Shown in pieces: positions 48,523 to 59,440 of a stretch of DNA of 64,000 nt. Each line of letters starts with the position of its first letter. The first letter of the stretch is position 1. The notes under the pieces are model-generated. The model ran no database searches. It worked only from the letters and a program-made list of their open reading frames with translations, and was not told the origin of the DNA. The translations under genes and the position numbers were made by a program. The stretch comes from an uncultured cyanobacterium (GTDB lineage: Bacteria > Cyanobacteriota > Cyanobacteriia > PCC-9006 > JAAUQQ01): contig OY970368.1 in assembly GCA_963718615.1 (NCBI GenBank), forward strand, positions 2,272,001 to 2,336,000, read 5' to 3'.

Positions 48523-51027
48523 ATGCGTACCGTTGTGTCTCCCTCCCAGGTTTCCTGGCAAGATCCGCCAGAGCCGATCGCTGCAATGTTGGACCAGCCG
48601 CGATCGCCCGTGGTTTCTTTTTCGCCCGATCGCCAGTGGATTTTAGAACTTTCCCTTGCACCGTTGGTGCCCTTGGTGGCGTTGACGGAACCTAAGGTGG
48701 CGATCGCAGGCATTGAAATCAACCCAATCACCCGTACATCGGCCCACGAAGGCTATTACCAGGGGATGACGCTGAGGCGTTTTCCGGCCCAGGATCAGAG
48801 TCAGGGTCAGAGCCAGGATCAGAGTCAGGATCAGGGAGAATCAGAACTACGGCGGGCGATCGCCCTGCCGTCCGAGGCGCGCATTAGTCATGTTTCTTGG
48901 TCGAGGGATAGTCGCTATATTGCTTTGACATTGACAGAGGCGGAAGGGGTTTCGCTCTGGGTGATCCCGCTGGAAACTGCGCTGGAAACGGGCGAAGCTC
49001 GACGCTTGACCGGGCCGATTCTCAATGGCATCTATGGCAGCCCGTATCGTTGGCTGCCGGGAGAGGCGGGGTTCATTGCCAAGGTCCGTCCCGAAAATCA
49101 GGGTTTCCCGCCCGAAGCGCCCCAAATTCCCCCCGGTCCTATTCTGGAGGAAAACCTAGGGCGGGTGGCTCCGGCGCGAACCTATACCAATCTTTTGGCC
49201 AGTTGCCATGACGAAGCACTGTTTGAATACTATTTTCAATCGGCCTTAGAGCAGATCGATCTAGAGGGTCACCGTAGACAGTTACGAGAACCGGAGCTTT
49301 TACTGAGTGCTCAACCCTCGCCCGATGGCGCTTGGTTATTGGTTCGGACGCTGCAACCGCCCTTTTCCTATCAGGTGCCGTTGCAACGGTTCCCGACGCA
49401 GTACTGGGTGTGCGATCGCCAAGGCCAATCCAAGACGATCATTGCCGAACTCCCCCTAGCCGATGAGATTTCCACCGATTTTGAGGCCGTGCGACCGGGT
49501 CGTCGCTGGGTGAGCTGGCGGGCGGATCATCCGGCGACGCTGTTTTGGCCCGAAGCCCTGGATGAGGGCGATGCCAAACGCCAGGTGCCCTATCGCGATG
49601 CCATTTATCAGCAGGCTGCGCCGTTTACCGCCGACCCCCAACTCCTCTGGAAAACTGAACTGCGATTTCGCGGCATCGCCTGGGGAACAGAACAGCTAGC
49701 CCTGGGCTACGAAGGCTGGTACGACAGTCGCCTTGTGCGGCAATGGTGGCTCCAGCCGGGTGCCGATTGGTCAGACCCCGTCCTGCTGGAGTCCCGCAAT
49801 TTTCAAGATGCCTATGGACATCCCGGCAATCCTCTGACTGCACCGGGTCCCTACGGCTGGTCGACTCTGATTGTGCCGTCAGACGGTCTTGGGTTTTATC
49901 TGGAAGGACGCGGAGCCTCAGCGGCGGGGATTTTTCCGTTTCTCGATCGCGTTTTGCTATCCCAATCCCAAAGCCAGAGCGAACCCCAGAAAAAACAACG
50001 GCTGTGGCAAGCGGAAGGACAGCAGTTTGAGCGTCTTCAACTCTTGCTCGATCGCGATGCGCGACAGTTTATTACCCAGCGGCAATCCCAGACTTCACCT
50101 CCCAATTATGTGTTGCGCGATCGCTTCCCTGCTCAATTTCCCGATCCCGCTCAATCCCCCACGCTGGCCCAATCTCTTTACCCCTTATCCGATCCTCAAC
50201 CCCTAACTCAATTTCACGATCCGCTGCCCTGGTATCGCCAAGTTCATAAGGATCAAATCCGCTATCAGCGCAGCGATGGTTTAGATCTGTCCGGAATGTT
50301 GTACTTACCACCGCAATACCAGCCCGAGCGCGATGGACCCTTGCCGATTTTGCTCTGGGTCTATCCTGAAGAGTACAAAAGTCGAGAAACGGCCAGCCAA
50401 GTCACCGATTCCGAATGGACCTTTAGTCGTCCCAGTGGGTCTTCGGTTCTCTTTTTATTGACCCAGGGCTATGGGGTGTTGCTGGGTCCCAGTATGCCGA
50501 TTCTGGGTGAGGCGGAAACGGAGCCCAATGATAGTTATTTAGAACAACTGGTGGACAATGCCGAAGCTGCGGTGGCGGCTTTAGTCGCTCGGGGGGTTGG
50601 GGATCGCGATCGCCTCGCCATCGGCGGTCATTCCTATGGGGCGTTTACCGCAGCTAACCTCCTGGCCCACAGCCGTCTGTTTCAAGCCGGAATCGCCCGC
50701 AGTGGAGCCTACAACCGCACGCTGACGCCCTTTGGCTTTCAGGGTGAACAACGTCATTTTTGGGAGGCAACGGAGACCTATATTAAAATCTCGCCCTTCA
50801 CCTACGCCGCCCAAATCAAGGCTCCGCTGTTATTAATTCATGGAGCCGCTGACAATAATCCTGGAACCTATCCCCTACAAAGCGAGCGACTGTATGAAGC
50901 CCTGCGAGGTTTGGGCGGGACAGTACGCTGGGTTTCGCTACCCCACGAAGGTCATGGGTATCGCTCCCGCGAGGCGATCGGTCATGTGTTGTGGGAGATG
51001 GTGCGATGGTTAGATCAGTATCTGTAG
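48523..51027 (+). CDS. S9 family peptidase (glutamyl endopeptidase-like)
   Basis: GGHSYGAF, ARSGAYNRTLTPFGFQ, IHGAADNN, EGHGY. Confidence 0.92.
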   Translation: MRTVVSPSQVSWQDPPEPIAAMLDQPRSPVVSFSPDRQWILELSLAPLVPLVALTEPKVAIAGIEINPITRTSAHEGYYQGMTLRRFPAQDQSQGQSQDQSQDQGESELRRAIALPSEARISHVSWSRDSRYIALTLTEAEGVSLWVIPLETALETGEARRLTGPILNGIYGSPYRWLPGEAGFIAKVRPENQGFPPEAPQIPPGPILEENLGRVAPARTYTNLLASCHDEALFEYYFQSALEQIDLEGHRRQLREPELLLSAQPSPDGAWLLVRTLQPPFSYQVPLQRFPTQYWVCDRQGQSKTIIAELPLADEISTDFEAVRPGRRWVSWRADHPATLFWPEALDEGDAKRQVPYRDAIYQQAAPFTADPQLLWKTELRFRGIAWGTEQLALGYEGWYDSRLVRQWWLQPGADWSDPVLLESRNFQDAYGHPGNPLTAPGPYGWSTLIVPSDGLGFYLEGRGASAAGIFPFLDRVLLSQSQSQSEPQKKQRLWQAEGQQFERLQLLLDRDARQFITQRQSQTSPPNYVLRDRFPAQFPDPAQSPTLAQSLYPLSDPQPLTQFHDPLPWYRQVHKDQIRYQRSDGLDLSGMLYLPPQYQPERDGPLPILLWVYPEEYKSRETASQVTDSEWTFSRPSGSSVLFLLTQGYGVLLGPSMPILGEAETEPNDSYLEQLVDNAEAAVAALVARGVGDRDRLAIGGHSYGAFTAANLLAHSRLFQAGIARSGAYNRTLTPFGFQGEQRHFWEATETYIKISPFTYAAQIKAPLLLIHGAADNNPGTYPLQSERLYEALRGLGGTVRWVSLPHEGHGYRSREAIGHVLWEMVRWLDQYL

Positions 51028-51062
51028 AATAGAGGCAAGTTCTTCTGCGAAATCTGCCCGCC

Positions 51063-51647
51063 ATGGCTAAGCGCAAAAATGCTAAACACAATCTGAAATG
51101 GGTCAAACACACCCTGGAACTCAGTGAGGATCATCACTGGCAATCCAAGGAGGGTTATAAGGTTTTTGTGGCCGGACGGGGTGCCGTGCGGTTTGATGTC
51201 CCCCAGGCGTGGAAGTTTGAGCCCAAGGAAAAGTCTTTCCGCTTTACCGATGGCGATCCCCCTGATGACAATTGCTGTTTAGAAGTGTCGTATAATTTGC
51301 TGCCTCGGGATGCCAATCTACGAGATTTTCCCTTGAAAGGCATCGTTAAAAAACTGCTTCAAGAGGACACGCGAGAGGCAATTGAGATTAGTGAGGTCTT
51401 CAAACTCAATCGCCAAACGGCTCAGATTTTCTGGGGGCAGATCAAGTTTATTGATCCGGAGGAAAAACGCGAAGCCTATTCTCGTATTTGTGTGGGTTTG
51501 GGGTCTGGGGTTCAGTCTTTGATTACGTTTGAGTATTGGGTTGAAGATGCGGCGCAGTTTGAACCGATTTGGCAAAATGTTTTAGATTCATTGGTTTTGG
51601 GTCTTTACATTCGAGATCCCAGAACGGGCTTGGCCTATCCCGATTAA
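51063..51647 (+). CDS. Hypothetical protein
   Basis: 194-aa ORF with typical codon usage; no family motif recognised. Confidence 0.75.
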   Translation: MAKRKNAKHNLKWVKHTLELSEDHHWQSKEGYKVFVAGRGAVRFDVPQAWKFEPKEKSFRFTDGDPPDDNCCLEVSYNLLPRDANLRDFPLKGIVKKLLQEDTREAIEISEVFKLNRQTAQIFWGQIKFIDPEEKREAYSRICVGLGSGVQSLITFEYWVEDAAQFEPIWQNVLDSLVLGLYIRDPRTGLAYPD

Positions 51648-51679
51648 GCGGCTGAAAATGCTGCTGAAGAAGCTCTTGG

Positions 51680-52600
51680 TCAAGCCGTGGTCCCCAGATC
51701 CTGGGCGAGGGCGATCGCCCCCAAGATCCCGGCCTGATTGCCTAGCTGGGGCGGCACAATGTATTGCTCGATCTGCGCTAAGACCGCTGGTACGGCGAGA
51801 TAGCTGGCGAGCATAGCCTGGGCCTGACGGTGGACCTTGGGCCAAATGGGTTGCTGTTGCATCACGCCGCCGCCGAGGATGATGCGCTGGGGAGAGAGGG
51901 TGAAGGTGAAGGTGGCGATCGCCCCCGCCAGATATTGTGCCTCTAGGTCCCAGGCCGGATGATCCGACGGCAGTTGCTCAGCAGACTGTCCCCAGCGAGC
52001 TTGCAGGGCGGTTCCGGAGGCCAGTCCTTCCAAACAGTTTTGGTGAAAGGGACAGCAGCCGGGAAAAGGATCCTGCTCGCGGCTGTGGGGCAATAAAATA
52101 TGGCCCATTTCAGGATGGAGCAATCCATGTAAGGGTTTACCGTTGACGATTGCCCCCCCGCCAATCCCCGTTCCCACGGTGAGATAGATAAACGTATCTA
52201 ATCCTTGGGCTGCACCCCAACGCTGTTCGCCGAGGGCCGCTGCATTCACGTCGGTGTCGAGGGCGATGGGGAGGGATAAATGCTTTTGCAGTTCTCCCAG
52301 CAGATTAATCTGTCGCCAGCCCGGTTTGGGGGTATCGAGCAAGTAACCATAGGTGGAAGAGCGAGGATTGAGATCCAGCGGGCCAAAGCAGCCAATGCCG
52401 AGGGCCTCTAGGGGACCCTGCTGTTGCTGAGCGGTAAAAAACGCCAGGATTTGGGCAAGGGTCTCCCCTGGACTGCGGGTGGGAATGCGGATTTCGGTCA
52501 GCCGAGGGGGGGAGGTGCTGGTAAGCGTGGGGCGATCGCCCTCTCCCACCGCACAAACGATTTTGGTGCCTCCCGCTTCGATCGCACCCCATCGCACCAT
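51680..52600 (-). CDS. ROK family sugar kinase (fructokinase-like)
   Basis: IEAGGTK, GCFGP, DTDVNAAALGE, VGTGIGGG, HPEMGH, CPFH..CLEG. Confidence 0.9.
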   Translation of the reverse strand: MVRWGAIEAGGTKIVCAVGEGDRPTLTSTSPPRLTEIRIPTRSPGETLAQILAFFTAQQQQGPLEALGIGCFGPLDLNPRSSTYGYLLDTPKPGWRQINLLGELQKHLSLPIALDTDVNAAALGEQRWGAAQGLDTFIYLTVGTGIGGGAIVNGKPLHGLLHPEMGHILLPHSREQDPFPGCCPFHQNCLEGLASGTALQARWGQSAEQLPSDHPAWDLEAQYLAGAIATFTFTLSPQRIILGGGVMQQQPIWPKVHRQAQAMLASYLAVPAVLAQIEQYIVPPQLGNQAGILGAIALAQDLGTTA

Positions 52601-52671
52601 GGCGGTTCTCCTAGTTATGGCGTTCTTCTAGTTATGATAGGGGTGATTGAGGTGAGATTAGGCCCCGAAAT

Positions 52672-53235
52672 TCATGGAATTTGGCATTGCAGGGCTTGCC
52701 AATCCCCTTGGCTCAGCCGATAGAGCACATGGCGTTCGAGCCGGTGGCCGGGGAGCAGGGGATGATCAAAGTCCTCCTGGGGGTTGTGGGTCATGCCGAG
52801 GCGCTCCATGACAGCGCGCGATCGCCAATTGTCCGGCACGGTAAACGAGACAATTTCTGTCAGGCCCAACTGCTCAAATCCGTGTTTTAAGGCACAGCGA
52901 GCGGCTTCCGTGGCATAGCCCTGCCCCCAAAACGGGCGAGCTAACCGCCAGCCCACTTCCACTGCTGGGGTAAAGTGAGCCTCAAATCCAGGAATATTTA
53001 AGCCCACAAACCCGATGAGCTGACCCGTTGCCTGTTCTTCAACGGCCCAAAACCCAAAGCCCCGACGGTTTAAGTTTTGCGCTAGGCGATCGAGCAAGGC
53101 ATCGGACTCGGCCCGAGATAAGATCGCGGGGAAATGGGCCATCACCAGGGGATCCCCATTGAGCTGTGCAAAGGGCTCGCGATCCGCTGGTCGCCAGCTC
53201 CGTAGCCGAAGTCGTTGCGTCGTAAGCGGCAGCAT
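52672..53235 (-). CDS. GNAT acetyltransferase (RimJ/RimL-like)
   Basis: TQRLRLR, VEVGWRL, WGQGYATEAA, NWRSRAVMERLGM. Confidence 0.9.
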   Translation of the reverse strand: MLPLTTQRLRLRSWRPADREPFAQLNGDPLVMAHFPAILSRAESDALLDRLAQNLNRRGFGFWAVEEQATGQLIGFVGLNIPGFEAHFTPAVEVGWRLARPFWGQGYATEAARCALKHGFEQLGLTEIVSFTVPDNWRSRAVMERLGMTHNPQEDFDHPLLPGHRLERHVLYRLSQGDWQALQCQIP

Positions 53236-53334
53236 TCAATACCCTATGGTAATATAGTGAGGGTGAAGTAGACTGTTGTTGATTATTGTTGCTGTCAGAA
53301 TTGTTGTTATCAAAATTGTCCTCCCATTATCGCT

Positions 53335-53784
53335 ATGCCGACTAAAACACCGCAAAAAAAGATTGCCAAAACCAAAACCATCACCAAAACGACCCAAACT
53401 CAAGCAGCTCCGGCGGTTTCTCTAGAAGATTGTGGGATTTCCCGACTTTCTCCTACGGCCTTGAGCTTAATGGCGGACTTTTTTAAGGTGTTGTCTGAGA
53501 CGAGCCGCTTGCAGATTGTCTGTTGCCTAAAATCAGGCTCGAAAAATGTCACGGAAATCATTGACTTAACGGGACTGGGGCAAGCCAATGTTTCCAAGCA
53601 CCTGAAAATGCTGTCCCAGGCAGGTGTTGTCAGCCGTCGTCAAGAGGGCGTCTGTGTGTACTACCAAATCGCCAACCCCTTTATTTTTGAGTTGTGCGAG
53701 TTAGTTTGTGATGCCCTCTCGATTCAGATTGATTTACAAAGCAAGCAGTTTGAAGAGTTGGGTGTCATGCGCCAAGGCCGTTAA
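53335..53784 (+). CDS. ArsR/SmtB family regulator
   Basis: FFKVLSETSRLQI, QANVSKHLKML, RRQEG..VYY. Confidence 0.9.
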   Translation: MPTKTPQKKIAKTKTITKTTQTQAAPAVSLEDCGISRLSPTALSLMADFFKVLSETSRLQIVCCLKSGSKNVTEIIDLTGLGQANVSKHLKMLSQAGVVSRRQEGVCVYYQIANPFIFELCELVCDALSIQIDLQSKQFEELGVMRQGR

Positions 53785-53803
53785 ACCGTTCAAGGGAGCA
53801 TCC

Positions 53804-54574
<771 letters not shown>

Positions 54575-54671
54575 TTACGAGTTTACAGACTGACGATTTT
54601 GCATAGCTGATCATCCATCATCCTTGGTCTTTTCTCAATGGAAATCTCAATGGAAATCTCCATGCAGATCT

Positions 54672-55217
54672 CTAGGCAGAGGCGTCGGTGGAGGAATCGA
54701 GATAGGAATCTAAAGCGGGATCGAAAGACGGATCGGGGGGATGGACCTGGAAGTGGATGATGGCGATCGCATCCAGGGGCGCTTCGTCCGGTGGTAGGGC
54801 TTGAAAGCCTTGGCGCTGATACCATTGCAGCAGCTTGGGATTGTTTTCAATATCCGGTTGATACACGGTCCCTTGGATGGACTGCACCCCCTGGGCCTTG
54901 GCCCAATCCAGCAAGGCTTGGAGTAAACCGGTACCGAGTCCCTGCTGGCGATAGTTAATCGGGCGAGGCTCATAGCCCAACCGTTCCTGGATCCAGCCCC
55001 AGATTCCCTGGCGAGGGGGCGGGCTGACGGCGTTGGCGATCCAAATATCCTTTAGCTCCCAATGGTGGCCCGTTTGGCGTTTGCACTTGACTCCCCCGAT
55101 CAGCGTTGGCGGATCCCAGAGATGCAGTTGGACTTGGTCATCCTGGGTCTCATGGGTGAGGGGATAGGCTTTCCCGCGCAGGTTGTCGAGAGAGTCGGGC
55201 AGCATCAAGCGGGTCAT
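54672..55217 (-). CDS. GNAT acetyltransferase
   Basis: YRQQGLGTGLL acetyl-CoA motif, WYQRQGF. Confidence 0.75.
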   Translation of the reverse strand: MTRLMLPDSLDNLRGKAYPLTHETQDDQVQLHLWDPPTLIGGVKCKRQTGHHWELKDIWIANAVSPPPRQGIWGWIQERLGYEPRPINYRQQGLGTGLLQALLDWAKAQGVQSIQGTVYQPDIENNPKLLQWYQRQGFQALPPDEAPLDAIAIIHFQVHPPDPSFDPALDSYLDSSTDASA

Positions 55218-55313
55218 CCCAGGTAGGTCAATGATTAATCCTCAGTAGTGTAAGGTGCCTTGGGGCTGAAACAAGCTAAAAATGAGAAGTCTTTGATTGA
55301 GAGGGAAAGATCC

Positions 55314-55973
55314 ATGAGTTGTGTCAGCAGCCATCTATTGCGTTCGCTGCCTCAGGCGATCGCCAGACTTGCGGTCGTGGGTGCGGGTTTTGGTGCGATC
55401 GCCCCCGGTTTCATTGCCGCTGCCCAAGCCGAACCCGCCTCGATATTTCGTCCCTATCTTAACGAGATCATTCGCAGCGCCCCGCCGGGCTATCCCATTC
55501 GCTTGCCCAGCCAGGTTTTGCTGGGGGCTCCAGCCCACTTTTCGTCCGATGAATTGACCGTAAAAGTCTTTGCGTCCCAAATTCCCATGAGCCTCACAGT
55601 GGGGCTGTTTGCCTGCGAGCCAGGAACGGCCACCCACCCTTGCTTGGTTGGAACGGTCACCACGGAGCGTAGCAATGATGGGCCTGCGCAAACGGAACTG
55701 TCGCGCCATCGTCTGGTGGGCGATCGCATCACCTTCCGGCCCGGTCTCGCAGGCTACTTGGTGGATGGAAGCCAGCAAACACCCAAGGCTGCGTTCTCTT
55801 CGGTCATGTGGCAGCAGGGTAATGTGATCTACACCGTCAGTTTCCCCGCTGGACAGCGCCAAAATCTCCTGGACATGTCCGCCTCCATGGCCCTGAGCGA
55901 TCCGCTACGGGTCAGCCTGCCGCGATCCATTCCCGCCAGTGTGCCGCCGTCCCAAGGCGCAGCTCAACCCTGA
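55314..55973 (+). CDS. Hypothetical exported protein
   Basis: Signal-like segment ending AAAQAEP; one Cys pair. Confidence 0.65.
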   Translation: MSCVSSHLLRSLPQAIARLAVVGAGFGAIAPGFIAAAQAEPASIFRPYLNEIIRSAPPGYPIRLPSQVLLGAPAHFSSDELTVKVFASQIPMSLTVGLFACEPGTATHPCLVGTVTTERSNDGPAQTELSRHRLVGDRITFRPGLAGYLVDGSQQTPKAAFSSVMWQQGNVIYTVSFPAGQRQNLLDMSASMALSDPLRVSLPRSIPASVPPSQGAAQP

Positions 55974-56842
55974 AACCTTTCCAACAGGGGCAAAAAGATG
56001 GTCACAAAGTAATACACCAGGGGCGCGGTAAAGACATAGCTGTCCATGCGATCGAGGATGCCGCCATGGCCTGGAATGATTTGGCCCGAGTCTTTCACCC
56101 CTGCGTCCCGTTTCATAATTGACTCTGTGAGATCACCCAGCAGGCTGGTAATGCCGATCAGCAGACCCAGGACCGCCCCGGAAAAGGGTGCGCCAGCCCA
56201 ATCCAGCAGGAGCGTCCCGGCTCCGCCCACTAAAATGCTGGCCCCAAATCCAGACAGTGCGCCCTCGACGGTTTTCTTTGGGCTAATGGTGGAGAGCTTG
56301 GTGCGGCCAATGAGTTTGCCCAAGAAATAGGCGGCAATGTCCGAGGCGGCAACGCAAGCAATCCCCAACAACAGGGCTAGGAGGCCAACGGGCAGGTGTT
56401 GGATTCCCGGCCAAGGCCAGGGCCAGTAGCCATCTAGGGGAAGATTATGGTGATCAAAGAGCCCCATGCGCCGAAGTCGCACCCAGTAACCGGGTAAAAA
56501 GCCACAGTAAAAAAGACCCAATATCGAGCTGGAGATGTCCGCGATCGAGGCCAGTTTGGGTTGGAACAACAAATAAAAACAGATGAAGGTTCCTGCGACG
56601 GCGAAGATGGGTTCCGCGAATTCTGGAGCCAAATAGGACGTGAGAATCAGCCCCTGACTCACCACTAGCGTTGTTTTCGCTGCGGGGGCAATGCCCTTGG
56701 CTCGCACCAAGCTAAAAAATTCTTGCTGACCCAAATACACCAGGGCAGCGATCGCCAGCGTAAAGTACCAACCACCTAAAAGGCCGAGTCCAAGCGCGAG
56801 GGAAATCACGATGGCCCCACTGAGGATGCGAATCCAGGGCAT
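55964..56842 (-). CDS. cdsA: Phosphatidate cytidylyltransferase
   Basis: SDIAAY, ISPKKTVEG, GDLTESIMKRDAGVKDSG, PGHGGILDRMDS. Confidence 0.95.
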   Translation of the reverse strand: MPWIRILSGAIVISLALGLGLLGGWYFTLAIAALVYLGQQEFFSLVRAKGIAPAAKTTLVVSQGLILTSYLAPEFAEPIFAVAGTFICFYLLFQPKLASIADISSSILGLFYCGFLPGYWVRLRRMGLFDHHNLPLDGYWPWPWPGIQHLPVGLLALLLGIACVAASDIAAYFLGKLIGRTKLSTISPKKTVEGALSGFGASILVGGAGTLLLDWAGAPFSGAVLGLLIGITSLLGDLTESIMKRDAGVKDSGQIIPGHGGILDRMDSYVFTAPLVYYFVTIFLPLLERFQG

Positions 56843-56957
56843 AGACCAATAAAAAAATGGCAATTTTGTAAAGCTTGCAAGATTACTTTTACACAATCTC
56901 CCGCATCGTTCATCGCCCATGCGCGATTTATTAAGATTGCTAACGTGAGTCTTAGGT

Positions 56958-57560
56958 TTATCCCAGTTTTTCTCCGCTTAGGATAAAGATCGGGTCAACT
57001 GCGCTGAAGCTTTGGCGAGCGCCCCGGCGCTCTAAGCGATTAATCGACGACTGGACAATCTCGATGTTGCGGGCTTGTAACTCCGCCAGAGATTCAGAAA
57101 TGGCGTACAGCCCCTCTAAATTCGTGGTGGTTGCGACCATGCGCCCCCCTGGGTTGAGGTGGGGCCAGGCGGCGGCGAGGGTATCCTTGAGCGGTTTTCC
57201 GCCTTCCACGATGATGCAGTCGGGTTCCGGCTGTAGTCCGGCAAGACAGTCTGGAGCGCTGCCTTCCACCACGGTGACATTTTCAACGCCAAAGAGTTGA
57301 CAGTTGCGGCGAATCAACTGGGCCACCTCCTCATCCCGTTCAACCGCGACAATCGTGCCCTGGGGACAGAGAAACCCCACTTCGATGGGAATCGTGCCAG
57401 TGCCTGCGCCAATATCCCAGAGGACGCCATCGGCCTTGAGATAGAGATGAGCCAAAATCAACACACGGATTTCGCGCTTGGTTAGGGGAATCCCCGGCAG
57501 GCGCTCAAATCGCTCGTCAGGGATACCGGGGGTGCTATAGGGCCAGTGGGGAACAGACAT
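56958..57560 (-). CDS. cbiT: Precorrin-6B C15-methyltransferase (decarboxylating)
   Basis: PGIPD..F, TKREIR, WDIGAGTG, GSAP. Confidence 0.92.
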   Translation of the reverse strand: MSVPHWPYSTPGIPDERFERLPGIPLTKREIRVLILAHLYLKADGVLWDIGAGTGTIPIEVGFLCPQGTIVAVERDEEVAQLIRRNCQLFGVENVTVVEGSAPDCLAGLQPEPDCIIVEGGKPLKDTLAAAWPHLNPGGRMVATTTNLEGLYAISESLAELQARNIEIVQSSINRLERRGARQSFSAVDPIFILSGEKLG

Positions 57561-57603
57561 TCGCGATCGCTAGCGTTTTGAGCCAGCGTTTTAATCTAGC
57601 GTT

Positions 57604-59148
57604 TCAATCTAGAGCATTATGCCGACTCGCGGGGCTTTCCGTCGCGAGGGCGATGACGTTGAGGGTTGCCAAACTTGGATCGCTACAGCCGCTCATCCAA
57701 CCGCCACTGGCTTTAATCTGCTGGAGATAGGCGATCGCCGCTGCGGTAATCCGCTCCCCCGGCAGCAGGACTGGAATACCAGGAGGATAGGGACAAACGG
57801 TTTCCGCACTCATGTGACCCAAGGTTGCCTCAAAGGGTAGAGGCATGGCGGGTTGGAAAAAGGCTTGGCGGGGCGAGAGGGCAAGGGGCGGGGCGACCGG
57901 GAGGGGAAATGCGGCAAGGGGCGGAGCCGTCTGGGGTTGAGGTGAGTCGGATCGATACAGTTCAGATTGACACAGTTCGGATTGACACCGTAAGGCTTGG
58001 CTGGCTTGGATGAGGCGATCGCAGTCCGCTGCCGTGGTACCAAGACTGAGGAGAAACGTCAGATGCCGCAGGCTAGGGAGCTCGGCAATGACGCCGTGGG
58101 TTTGGTTAAAGCGGTCATCGACATCAAAGCCCGTCAGGCCCAGGCCCGAAACATCGAGGGTGATGCGGGTGGGGTCAAGGGCGGCAAACCCCGGCTGGGG
58201 CTGAGGCAGTTCAAAGACGCGAAGACCAGGGATGGCGTGGAGGCGATCGCGGGTGGTTTTCGCCAGCGCTAGGGTTTGGCTGAGCAGGTCCGTCCCCTGC
58301 TGGGCCATCTGAGCACGGGTGGCGTCGAGGGAGGCAAGCAGTAAATAGCTGGGGCTGGTGCTCTGGATGAGTTGTAGGGCCTGGGAGAGGCGATCGCCAT
58401 CCACAAGGCTACCCCGCAGATGAACCATCGCGGCTTGGGTAAGGCCAGAGAGGACTTTGTGGGTGGACTGGATGCTCAAATCTGCGCCTTGACTGAGGGC
58501 GCTGGGGGGCAGGTCGGGATGAAAGCCAAAGTGGGGACCGTGGGCTTCATCGACGAGGAGCGGAATTTGGCGGGCGTGGCAAAGGGGGGCGATCGCCGCC
58601 AGATCCGCACAAATCCCTTCATAGGTGGGAGAAACGAGCAAAACGGCTTTGATGTCAGGGTACTGCTCCAAGGCAGTGGCCAGGGTGCTAGGGGTAATGC
58701 TACCGACTAAACCCGAGACCGCCTCTCGTTCTGGGGTGAGAAAAACAGGCACCGCCCCGCTGAGAATCAGTCCCGAGATTGCAGACCGGTGAACGGTGCG
58801 GGGCAGCAAAATTCGATCGCCGGGGCCGCAGGTGGCCAAGATCCCAGCAATCACGCCCGCCGTGGAGCCATTGACGGAAAACCAGGTGCGATCAGCCCCA
58901 AAGGTCTCAGCTGCCAGGGCTTGAGCCGATTGAATCACCCCCTCTGGCGCAAATAGATTGTCTAACCCCGGCAATTCAGGCAAATCAGCGGCAAAGACTG
59001 AATCCCCCCAGGCCCTGAGGAGCGGTGACCAGAGCGATCGCCCCTTGTGCCCCGGTGTATGAAAGGGGGCCGTTGAGCGCTGGGCCTCGGTGAGCAACTG
59101 CGTCAACAGCGGCGTGGGATCAATCTCACCAAAGTGGGGATCAGTCAA
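57604..59148 (-). CDS. Orn/Lys/Arg decarboxylase (PLP-dependent)
   Basis: FHTPGHK, VNGST, SPTYEG, VDEAHG, QSTHK, STSPSY, PYPPGIP. Confidence 0.92.
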   Translation of the reverse strand: MTDPHFGEIDPTPLLTQLLTEAQRSTAPFHTPGHKGRSLWSPLLRAWGDSVFAADLPELPGLDNLFAPEGVIQSAQALAAETFGADRTWFSVNGSTAGVIAGILATCGPGDRILLPRTVHRSAISGLILSGAVPVFLTPEREAVSGLVGSITPSTLATALEQYPDIKAVLLVSPTYEGICADLAAIAPLCHARQIPLLVDEAHGPHFGFHPDLPPSALSQGADLSIQSTHKVLSGLTQAAMVHLRGSLVDGDRLSQALQLIQSTSPSYLLLASLDATRAQMAQQGTDLLSQTLALAKTTRDRLHAIPGLRVFELPQPQPGFAALDPTRITLDVSGLGLTGFDVDDRFNQTHGVIAELPSLRHLTFLLSLGTTAADCDRLIQASQALRCQSELCQSELYRSDSPQPQTAPPLAAFPLPVAPPLALSPRQAFFQPAMPLPFEATLGHMSAETVCPYPPGIPVLLPGERITAAAIAYLQQIKASGGWMSGCSDPSLATLNVIALATESPASRHNALD

Positions 59149-59440
59149 TGGTTTCTTCTCGAAAAGTTAAGGATTGTATAGAGTTTCTTACACTATAGTG
59201 AAGAAGTGATGACAAATTGTAAGCCATACCGAAAGCGCCTAAATCGCCTTTGAATCGACGTTTGAGCCATTGATCCGGTTTAGCATGGGCCTAAAACGCG
59301 AACCAGAGTCGCAAATCTGTAGGGCTCTGAGGGTAGGAAGCGTTTCCCTCACTTGACAATGGCTTGTGGATAGTAGCTTTTGAACAATGGCTTTTGTGAC
59401 GCCAAAGGCAGGATAAATGCCAGGAGTTGAATGAGGGGAA

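Noticed and set aside
57601-57608. Another GTTTCAAT (repeat-end-like) octamer
   Set aside because: It is part of a local 13-bp tandem duplication at the decarboxylase stop, with no other repeat features.
59176-59191. GTA...TAC as an NtcA site
   Set aside because: The spacing is N10 rather than N8.
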